Of a stretch of 64,000 bases of DNA, positions 45,701 through 56,341 are shown piece by piece. The notes under the pieces are model-generated. The model ran no database searches. It saw only the letters and a list, made by a program, of their open reading frames with translations, and was not told the DNA's origin. Each line of letters opens with the position of its first letter. The stretch's first letter is position 1. Origin of the DNA: an uncultured Acidobacteriota bacterium (GTDB lineage Bacteria > Acidobacteriota > Blastocatellia > RBC074); contig CAWCKY010000006.1 in assembly GCA_963796275.1 (NCBI GenBank), forward strand, positions 160,001 to 224,000, in the 5' to 3' direction. Made by a program: the position numbers and the translations under genes.

Positions 45701-46342
45701 ATGATAGATCGGTTGAGAGTCAAACTGGTCATAACACTAGCATGCGTTCTTCTTATCTGGCCAGTTGCGCATATAACGCTTTCGTTATTTGGGGGTCTTA
45801 ATTCCTGGAAGCTGGGAGGATGGGGGATGTATGCGAGCATACCTCCGGAAGATACATACATCAACGTGTTTCTGATCGGCGCGAATAGTGGACCTTTAAC
45901 GGAAATGAGGGTGAGCTCGCTTATTAAGCGAAATCGGCCGTCGCTATTTGTAAACGGTGAGACCATTGTCCTTGATGGACAGTCTTTTAATGGAGAAATA
46001 AAGTCCGTCGACTTCTCTTCATATACAAAGGATATAGTGGTGTTTCGCCGGGGAAGCGCTATCAAGGCCATGGTAGAGCAGATACAAAAGCACTTGCTTG
46101 ATCCGGTAGCGATAAGCCACACATTGGTTTTCATCTCGCAGCTACGGTTATCAATATCCAGCCGAATGGCTTATACCGAATCAGAGGTGTATTTGATAAG
46201 GAATGACTGTGTCGAGAAGCTCGGTGTTTATAGTAACGATAAGCATGAAATTAAGGAGATTCTCGACATGGTTGGAGCTCAAGTAGATCGAGAGTGTAGC
46301 AAAACCCCAAAGGGCAAGATTACGGTAGGAAGTTTGAGATGA
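45701..46342 (+). CDS. Single-pass membrane-anchored hypothetical protein, likely partner of the HTTM protein
   Basis: 213-aa ORF 30 nt downstream of the HTTM gene; N-terminal TM helix followed by WKLGGWGMYA, resembling the GW.MF/YA motif seen in HTTM C-terminal or partner domains; same AT-richer composition. Confidence 0.6.
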   Translation: MIDRLRVKLVITLACVLLIWPVAHITLSLFGGLNSWKLGGWGMYASIPPEDTYINVFLIGANSGPLTEMRVSSLIKRNRPSLFVNGETIVLDGQSFNGEIKSVDFSSYTKDIVVFRRGSAIKAMVEQIQKHLLDPVAISHTLVFISQLRLSISSRMAYTESEVYLIRNDCVEKLGVYSNDKHEIKEILDMVGAQVDRECSKTPKGKITVGSLR

Positions 46343-46424
46343 GTTTGCCAGGGAAGAAGTAAAAAAGGCTAAGCAGGGCAAAACAGGGCAAAAAACTTAT
46401 TTTATAAGTGGGCTCGGCACAACA

Positions 46425-49400
46425 ATGGAGAGACAGATGCAAACAAAAGCGGAAGGATTTCGGCTCTCGCCGCAACAGAAACTACTCTGGCAGTCACATT
46501 ACGATGGCCAGGCGTACTTTACCCAGGGTGCCTTACTTCTCGAGGGAGAGCTGAAAATCAAAGCTCTGAAAGGGGCTTTGCGAGAGGTCATCGCTCGGCA
46601 TGAGATTCTACGTACGACCTTTCACCGCTTACCTGGCATGAAGCTGCCAGTACAGGTCATCGGCGCCAAAAGCGCGATGGCTTGGCGGAGCAGAAAATTA
46701 GGCGAGCTGGATTCCAAGCGCCAGGCCGCCAGAATCGAAGAGCTTTTCCTGGCGGAGCGGCGCCATCCTCTCGACTTTGAACAAGGCCCTGTCTTACGTG
46801 CAACCCTGCTCATCCTGTCGGCGGGACGGCATATTTTGCTGATCACGCTGCCTTCGCTTTGCGCAGACAACCGGACGCTAAGGAACCTGGCGGACGAGAT
46901 CGGCCAGTTCTATGCCGCGTCTTTTGATGGCGGTTTGGCACCTGACAATTCGATACAGTATGTCCAATTCTCCGAATGGCGGAATTCAATGCTCGAAAGA
47001 GAGGATGCGGAAGAAGGGAAAGAATACTGGCGGCAACAAAATCTCTCCGCCCCGCATGCCTTGAAACTTCCGTATGAATGCGCATCTCCGGAAACATCAG
47101 GGTTTGAGCCGGAGTCGCTGGGTTTGATGATTGATGCTGAATCTGTATACAGGATAGAGGCGGCTGCCCAGAAATATGAGACTACGATGGAGACCTTCCT
47201 GCTAGCCTGCTGGCAGACGCTGCTCTGGCGGCTCACGGGCAAGCCGGATGTTCTCGTTGGCCACGTTCGTGACGGAAGGGAACATGAGATGCTGCAGGGC
47301 GCCATTGGGTTATTCGCCAAGTGGCTGCCGGTTAAATCTCGTTTCGAGAGCGACACTTCGTTCGTCGACATCCTGTCGCAATCCGGTGAGGCGGTCTGGG
47401 ATGGGTACGAATGGCAGGAATACTTCTCCTGGTCAGAAGAATTAGGGCTGGGATCCGAAAACTCGATTGCGCCGATCGGGTTCGAGTTCATGGAATTGGT
47501 CGAGCCACGCCGCGCGGCTAATCTCATAATCTCAATCTACAAGCAATCCAGCTTCACTCAGCGTTTCAAGCTACTGCTATCCTGCGATCGCGCAGGGGAC
47601 TGTCTGAACATCACACTTTACTACGACCCCGCCCGATACGAACGCGACGATGTCAAACGCATTGGGAGCCACTTCGCCGCGCTGACTGAGAGCGCTGCCA
47701 GCGATCCCGATGCTCTGGCCGGCGAGCTCGATCTGCTCAGCGCGGATGACCGAAGATTGCTGGTCGAGTTCAATCAAACCGCCGCCGTCGAGTGGAACGA
47801 TACCAAAGTTGAATATCCGGTGGAACACTCGTTGCCCGCCTTGTTCGAAGCGCAGGTTGAACGAACGCCTGAGGCTGTGGCGCTTGTTTATGAAGACACG
47901 CAAGTGACTTACCGGGAGTTGAATGATCGCGCCGATCGATTGGCTCATCATCTGCGGCGACTGGGCGTCGAGCCGGAGTTACTTGTGGGCGTTTGCATGG
48001 AGCGGTCGCTGGAGATGATGGTGGGGATTCTCGGAGTGTTGAAGGCTGGGGGCGCTTACGTTCCACTCGATCCGGCGTATCCGGCAGAGCGTCTGGCCTT
48101 CATGCTTGAAGATTCCCAAGCGCCAGTCTTGTTGACTCAGCAGCGGCTGCTCGAACTGTTGCCAGAGCATCATGCGAAAGTCGTGCTCCTTGACTCGCTA
48201 CCGTCCGAATCCGGCGCAAGCTCAGGTGACATTTTTACGAATGATGTCACAGATGCCAACCCGGCTTACGCCATTTATACCTCCGGCTCGACCGGCCGTC
48301 CGAAGGGCGTGATGATTTCTCATCGCGCGATCGTGAATCGGTTGTTGTGGGGACAATCGGCTTACTGTCTGACCGGAGATGACAAGGTATTACAAAGCGC
48401 CGCTCTCGGATTCGATTTCTCAGTTTGGGAGATATTCGGCGCGCTCATAGCGGGCGCTCAATTGGTCCTGCCGCAGCCGGAGGGACAAAGAGACAGTTTT
48501 TATCTCAGGAGACTAATTGCCGAGAGGGGGATCACAATCGCCCACTTCGCCCCCTCCATGCTCCGGCTTTTTCTGAATCAGCCGAGCGTCGAGACGTGTC
48601 ACTCTCTGAGATATGTTTTCTCGGGCGGCGAAGCTCTCTCCGTCGAGCTACAGGAATATTTTTTCGCCAAGCTGGAGGCGGAGCTATATAACCAATACGG
48701 CCCGACAGAGGCGTCTGTCGACGTCACGTTCTGGCGTTGCAAGAAGGAAGACGACAAGCAAACGGTGCCCATCGGCCGCCCGATCGCCAACACACAAATC
48801 TACCTGCTGAATTCTGAGATGCAGCCCGCGCCGGTGGGCGTTGCGGGCGAACTGCACATAGGCGGCGCCAATCTGGCTCGCGGGTATCTCAATCGGCCAG
48901 AGTTGACCGCCGAGCGGTTCGTTCCCAACGCCTTCAGTGAAGAGCCCGACGCACGGTTGTACCGGACGGGAGACCTGGCGCGATACCTGCCGGACGGGGC
49001 CATCGAATTTCTGGGACGGAGCGATCATCAGGTGAAGGTGCGCGGGGTGCGCATCGAACTGGGCGAGGTCGAGGCGGCGCTCAGCCAGCATCCCGCGGTG
49101 CGGGAAGCGGTGGTCGTGGCGCGGGACGAGGGTGAGGACGCGGCCGGAGACAAACGGTTGGTGGCTTATCTGGTCAGCGACCAGCAGCCGGCGCCGACAG
49201 CCGGCGCCTGGCGCGCCTTCCTGAAGGAGAGGGTGCCGGAGTACATGACGCCGTCGGCCTTCGTGACGCTCGACGCATTGCCGTTGACGCCGAACGGGAA
49301 GATCGATCGGCGCGCGCTTCCGGCTCCCGAAAAGGCGCGCCTCGACTTGGAGAGCGCCTTTGTCGCGCCGCGCAATCCGGTCGAGGAGTTGTTGGCGGAG

Positions 49401-52400
49401 ACCTGGGCCAGTGTCCTCGGGGTGGAGAGAGTGGGAATTCACGATAACTTCTTCTCGCTGGGCGGACACTCATTGCTGGCCATGAAACTGATCGCGCGGA
49501 AGCTGGAGGTCTTCCAGGTGGAACTGCCGCTGCGCCAACTTTTTGAAAAGCCGACGGTGGCGCAATTGGCGGCAGCGATCGTCGGGATGACGAAGCCCGG
49601 GCTGGATCTGCCGCCGATCACGCCGATCCCACGCGATCGGGAACTACCGCTCTCGTTTTCGCAGCAGCGGTTGTGGTTTCTCGATCAACTGGAGCCTGGC
49701 AACTCTTTCTACAACGTGCCCGCGCCGGTGCGCCTCACGGGCGAGCTCAATGTGGCGGCGCTCCGGCAAACCATTGGCGAAATCATCAGACGTCACGAAG
49801 TCTTGCGGACGGTCTATCAAACAGTCGAGGGGAGTCCGGTACAGGTGATCACAAACTCATACTCATTCACGCTGCCGGTGGTTGATTTGAGAGGGGTGGC
49901 GGAAGAGGAACGAGAGGCGACGGTCGCGCGTCTGGTCACGGAAGACTCCCTGCGGCCCTTCGATCTGGCCGAAGGCCCATTGTTCAGAGTCGCATTGCTG
50001 CAATTGGGGGCCGAGGATCATGTTTTGCTATTTACCACGCACCACATCATCTCCGACGTCTGGTCCAAGGGGGTGCTGACGCGAGAGGTTGCGGCGCTCT
50101 ATCAGGCATTCGCCGAAGGAAGACCGTCGCCGCTGCCGGAATTGGCGGTTCAGTATGCCGATTTCGCGCACTGGCAACGGGGATGGTTGCAGGGAGAGGT
50201 TCTCGATGAGCAGTTGTCATACTGGAAGCGGCAATTGGCGGGCAGCCCATCAGTTTTGCAATTGCCCACGGATCGTCCGCGGCCAGCCGTTCAATCATAT
50301 CGGGGGGCCGACCTGGCGATGGCGTTACCCGAAGGGCTGTCGCGGGCGGTGGTGGGATCTGAGCAGGCGCGAGGGCGTCACCCTCTTTATGACGCTGTTG
50401 GCGGCTTATCAAGCGATGCTGTTCCGCTACACAGGGGAGGAGAGCATCAATGTCGGCTCTCCCATCGCGGGCCGCACGCGCCCGGAGACGGAGGGGATGA
50501 TCGGGTTTTTCCTGAACACGCTGGTGTTCCGGACGGATTTTTCGGGCGACCCGAGCTTTCGCGAGTTGTTGCGGCAGGTGCGAGAGACATCGCTGGAAGC
50601 ATACGCCCATCAGGATTTGCCCTTCGAGCAATTGGTAGAGGCGTTGCAACCTGAACGGAAGATGAGCCACTCGCCGCTGTTTCAGGCGGCCTTCGTGATG
50701 CTCAATCTTGCAACGGAGGCGGTGGAGCTTCCGGGTCTGAAGATGCGGCCTGTGAGGGGGGAGGGAAATAGCGCGAAATACGATTTGACACTGTTCGTCA
50801 TCGAAGGCCGCGATGGACTGACGGCGAACGTGGAGTACAGCGCCGATCTGTTCGAGGCCTCTACCATGGCGAGGATGTTGGAGCATTTCTTCGTGTTGCT
50901 GGAAGGCTTGATCGCCAACCAGGATCAGCGTGTGTCATCCCTGCCGCTGATGACCGAGCGGGAGGAGGCGCAGGCGCTGGTCGAGTGGAACGATACCAAA
51001 GTTGAATATCCGGTGGAACACTCGTTGCCCGCCTTGTTCGAAGCGCAGGTTGAACGAACGCCCGAGGCTGTGGCGCTTGTTTATGAAGACACGCAAGTGA
51101 CTTATCGGGAGTTGAATGATCGCGCCAATCGTCTGGCCCATCATCTGCGGCGACTGGGCGTCGAGCCGGAGTTGCTGGTGGGCGTTTGCATGGAGCGGTC
51201 GCTTGAGATGATGGTGGGGATTCTCGGAGTGTTGAAGGCTGGGGGCGCTTACGTTCCACTCGATCCGGCGTATCCGGCGGAGCGTCTGGCCTTCATGCTT
51301 GAAGATTCCCAAGCGCCAGTCTTGTTGACTCAGCAGCGGCTGCTCGATTCGTTATCCGCAACGAGCAATTCGCAATGCCATGTGATTTGTGTGGATGCGA
51401 TAGAGGAGATGCTGGCAGAAGAGAGCGTAGAGAATCCGGCGAGTGGGCCGGACGCCGAGCATCCGGCTTACGTGATCTATACTTCAGGTTCAACGGGACA
51501 GCCCAAAGGCGTGCTCATCTCCCACGGCGCGATCTGCAATCATATGTTATGGCAGTTGAGCCATTTGTCCGTGACCGCGAACGATTGCGTTCTGCAAAAA
51601 ACGGCTTTCAGCTTCGACGCTTCGGGCACGGAGTTCTACCTGCCGCTGTTGGCCGGCGCGCGACTGGTTCTGGCCCAGCCGGGAGGGCATCAAGACGTCG
51701 CCTACCTGATCGATGCGATGATCGAGCGCCAGGTCACCATTCTTCAGTTGGTTCCATCATTGCTGCGAGCGTTGTCGGACGAGCCCAGGTTTGAGCGATG
51801 CGAGAGCCTGAGGCGCGTCATCTGCGCGGGCGAGCCTTTGCTACCCAAGTTACAGGCGCGGTTCAACGCCTGCCTCGGCGCGGAGTTGCACAATCTTTAC
51901 GGCCCGACGGAAGCGGCCATCGACGTGACTTGCTGGCCTCACCAGGATGCGCGGGGGGCGGCTATCGTTCCTATCGGCCGCCCGATCGCCAACACACAAA
52001 TCTACCTGCTGAACTCTGAGATGCAGCCCGCGCCGGTGGGCGTTGCGGGCGAACTGCACATAGGCGGCGCCAATCTGGCTCGCGGGTATCTCAATCGGCC
52101 AGAGTTGACCGCCGAGCGGTTCGTTCCCAACGCCTTCAGTGAAGAGCCCGACGCACGGTTGTACCGGACGGGAGACCTGGCGCGATACCTGCCGGACGGG
52201 GCCATCGAATTTCTGGGACGGAGCGATCATCAGGTGAAGGTGCGCGGGGTGCGCATCGAACTGGGCGAGGTCGAGGCGGCGCTCAGCCAGCATCCCGCGG
52301 TGCGGGAAGCGGTGGTCGTGGCGCGGGACGAGGGTGAGGACGCGGCCGGAGACAAACGGTTGGTGGCTTATCTGGTCAGCGACCAGCAGCCGGCGCCGAC

Positions 52401-55400
52401 AGCCGGCGCCTGGCGCGCCTTCCTGAAGGAGAGGGTGCCGGAGTACATGACGCCGTCGGCCTTCGTGACGCTCGACGCATTGCCGTTGACGCCGAACGGG
52501 AAGATCGATCGGCGCGCGCTTCCGGCTCCCGAAAAGGCGCGCCTCGACTTGGAGAGCGCCTTTGTCGCGCCGCGCAATCCGGTCGAGGAGTTGTTGGCGG
52601 AGACCTGGGCCAGTGTCCTCGGGGTGGAGAGAGTGGGAATTCACGATAACTTCTTCTCGCTGGGCGGACACTCATTGCTGGCCATGAAACTGATCACGCG
52701 AATGCGTGGGATCTTCCAGGTGGAACTGTCGCTGCGCCAACTTTTTGAAAAGCCGACGGTGGCGCAATTGGCGGCAGCGATCGTCGGGATGACGAAGCCC
52801 GGGCTGGATCTGCCGCCGATCACGCCGATCCCACGCGATCGGGAACTACCGCTCTCGTTTTCGCAGCAGCGGTTGTGGTTTCTCGATCAACTGGAGCCTG
52901 GCAACTCTTTCTACAACGTGCCCGCGCCGGTGCGCCTCACGGGCGAGCTCAATGTGGCGGCGCTCCGGCAAACCATTGGCGAAATCATCAGACGTCACGA
53001 AGTCTTGCGGACGGTCTATCAAACAGTCGAGGGGAGTCCGGTACAGGTGATCACAAACTCATACTCATTCACGCTGCCGGTGGTTGATTTGAGAGGGGTG
53101 GCGGAAGAGGAACGAGAGGCGACGGTCGCGCGTCTGGTCACGGAAGACTCCCTGCGGCCCTTCGATCTGGCCGAAGGCCCATTGTTCAGAGTCGCATTGC
53201 TGCAATTGGGGGCCGAGGATCATGTTTTGCTATTTACCACGCACCACATCATCTCCGACGTCTGGTCCAAGGGGGTGCTGACGCGAGAGGTTGCGGCGCT
53301 CTATCAGGCATTCGCCGAAGGAAGACCGTCGCCGCTGCCGGAATTGGCGGTTCAGTATGCCGATTTCGCGCACTGGCAACGGGGATGGTTGCAGGGAGAG
53401 GTTCTCGATGAGCAGTTGTCATACTGGAAGCGGCAATTGGCGGGCAGCCCATCAGTTTTGCAATTGCCCACGGATCGTCCGCGGCCAGCCGTTCAATCAT
53501 ATCGGGGGGCCGACCTGGCGATGGCGTTACCCGAAGGGCTGTCGCGGGCGGTGGTGGGATCTGAGCAGGCGCGAGGGCGTCACCCTCTTTATGACGCTGT
53601 TGGCGGCTTATCAAGCGATGCTGTTCCGCTACACAGGGGAGGAGAGCATCAATGTCGGCTCTCCCATCGCGGGCCGCACGCGCCCGGAGACGGAGGGGAT
53701 GATCGGGTTTTTCCTGAACACGCTGGTGTTCCGGACGGATTTTTCGGGCGACCCGAGCTTTCGCGAGTTGTTGCGGCAGGTGCGAGAGACATCGCTGGAA
53801 GCATACGCCCATCAGGATTTGCCCTTCGAGCAATTGGTAGAGGCGTTGCAACCTGAACGGAAGATGAGCCACTCGCCGCTGTTTCAGGCGGCCTTCGTGA
53901 TGCTCAATCTTGCAACGGAGGCGGTGGAGCTTCCGGGTCTGAAGATGCGGCCTGTGAGGGGGGAGGGAAATAGCGCGAAATACGATTTGACACTGTTCGT
54001 CATCGAAGGCCGCGATGGACTGACGGCGAACGTGGAGTACAGCGCCGATCTGTTCGAGGCCTCTACCATGGCGAGGATGTTGGAGCATTTCTTCGTGTTG
54101 CTGGAAGGCTTGATCGCCAACCAGGATCAGCGTGTGTCATCTCTGCCGCTGATGACCAGTGCGGAACGTAACCGCCTATTGTCAGAGTGGAATGGCACTG
54201 TGTCTGAGTATCCACGCCATGAATGCGTTCATGAGTTATTCGAGACGCAGGTTGAGCGTAGACCTGAAGCGATTGCGATAGTGGGCGAGGAAAATCACCT
54301 GACCTATGGAGAACTCAACCGACGCGCAAATCAACTGGCGCATTACCTGCTTAAGCATGGCGCCGGGCCGGAGACGCCGGTGGCTATCTGCGTTGAGCGT
54401 TCTTCGAAGATAGTTTTGGGATTCTTGGGCATACTTAAGGCGGGCGCCGCCTTTGCACCACTGGATCCAGCCTATCCTGAAGACCGCCTGGCCTTCATAC
54501 TCAATGATGTCCGGGCGCCGCTGCTCTTGACCCAGGAGCGGCTGGTCGAAGAATTACGAAACACCGGAAACGGAACGCACAATACGGAGAGTTATGCTCA
54601 AAACTCCATATTCAAACCTCAATACTCAATCTCCGATCTGCGCGCTGGAGACGGAAGGCGGAATGCGAGTAGTATCGCTCAAGACTCAATCTTCAATCCT
54701 CAAGACTCAATCTCCGATCTGCACGCTGGAGATGGAAGGCGGAATGCGAGTAGTATCGCTCAAGACTCAATCTTAATACCCCACCACCCAACCTCCGAAC
54801 CGCATTCCGCATTCCGCGTTCCCGAAGCGGTCTGTCTGGACTCAGACTGGGAGTTCATCGCCCTGGAAAGCCAGCAGAATCCAACCTGCATAGCTGCGCC
54901 TGAAAACCTGGCTTATGTCATCTATACCTCGGGTTCAACTGGCGCTCCTAAAGGTACGCCGATAACACACAGGAATCTCAGCCCACTAATGCACTGGAGC
55001 AAGGAATATTTCAACCTCGGCGAGTGCACGAAGGTACTGCAAAATCTCAACTGCTGTTTTGATTTTGGCGTTTTCGAGCTATTAACCACAGTCCTATTTG
55101 GCGGGACATTACATTTTGTGGATGGAGATGGGCTGAGTGATTTTTCAGAGTATGCCAGCTATATCAATAGACATCGAATTAATACCATTCATTCTACTCC
55201 GTCATTCGTTAGGAATCTTCTCCCTTTTAGTGATGAACTGGAGAATCTGGAAACGATTCACCTCGGCGGCGAGCCGTTAACGGGGGATTTGGTTGATAAG
55301 GTATTCAATAAAGTCGGAGGCGATTGCGTACTCTACAACGGCTACGGCCCTACTGAAGCCACCGTCAATTGTTCCATCTTTAGAATCGGTAATTGGTCAA

Positions 55401-56341
55401 CCTGGATTGATAGAGCTTTGACGAATATTCCGATTGGGAAAGCGTCAGCCAATAATCTTCTCTATATCCTCGATAAGAATTGCGAACCTGCGCCTATAGG
55501 TATCCCTGGAGAACTATATGTTGGCGGCGGAGGGTTGACTCGCGGCTACCTCGATCGAGCCGCGTTGACCGCCGAAGCATTCGTCCCCAACCCCTTCAGT
55601 CATGAACCAGGTGCGCGGCTATACAAGACTGGCGACCTGGCTCGATACCTGTCCGACGGGAACATAGAGTTCCTGGGCCGCAGCGACCATCAAGTCAAAG
55701 TCCGCGGCTTTCGTATCGAATTGGCGGAGATCGAAGCGGTATTGGCTCAACACCCGGCCGTCCGGGAAGCCGTCGTGTTGGCCCGCGAGGAGGTGGCCGG
55801 CGAGAAACGACTGGTGGCGTACGTCGCGCTCGATCCTATCGAGGGGGGCGCCGCGCCAAACGGCGTAAAACTGAGAAGCTACTTGCGGCAAAGGCTGCCT
55901 GAGTACATGACGCCGTCCGTCTTCGTCGAATTGGGCGCCCTGCCGCTGACGCCGAACGGGAAGGTGGATCGCCGTGCGCTTCCGGCTCCCGAGAAGACGC
56001 GCCCGGATTTGGAGAGCGCATTCGCCGCGCCTCGCAATCCAATAGAAGAAAAGCTGGCCGAAATCACCGCGCAGATTCTCCGGATCGAAAAGCCAGGGAT
56101 TCACGACAATTTCTTTGAATTGGGCGGGCATTCGTTATTGGCGACTCAGTTCATATCCCGCGTGCGCAACGCTTTCCAGGTGGAGTTGACTCTGCGGAGC
56201 GTTTTTACCGGACCCACGATCGCCGAACTTGCCGAAGCGATTGAGAAGGCCAGGGATGGCGGACTTGAGCCGGCCGCGCCCGCGATGAAAGCAATTCCCA
56301 GAGAGACAAGACGGGTCAAAACCACAACATTATCCAAATGA
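46425..56341 (+). CDS. NRPS7: interface C* - A(X) - T - C - A(Y) - T - C - A(Z) - T (+1 frameshifts at ~50355 and ~53557)
   Basis: ORFs 46425..50654, 50089..53856 and 53291..56341 join when one G is removed from GTGGGATCTG in each C domain (restoring AVV-D-L-SRREG). LPSLCAD; three A domains with unusual codes DFWHFGQVDK, DATQIALIDK and DFFHHGGVNK; three GGHSL T domains. Confidence 0.88.
48771..50955 (+). repeat. Duplicated A(C-terminal part)-T-C block, copy 1; copy 2 at 51973..54157
   Basis: Constant offset 3202, nearly identical, including the same extra G. Confidence 0.95.
51973..54157 (+). repeat. Duplicated A(C-terminal part)-T-C block, copy 2
   Basis: Matches 48771..50955. Confidence 0.95.
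54596..54774 (+). repeat. In-frame 81-bp (27-aa) tandem repeat, about 2.2 copies
   Basis: ACTCAATCTCCGATCTG at 54624 and 54705; translation repeats SISDL.AGDGRRNASSIAQDSI. Confidence 0.93.

Noticed and set aside
15465-53558. Programmed ribosomal frameshifting or wholesale pseudogenisation of the NRPS genes
   Set aside because: No slippery heptamers are present, all events are single extra bases tied to GATC, and the domains are otherwise intact. A sequencing artefact is more parsimonious, though not proven.
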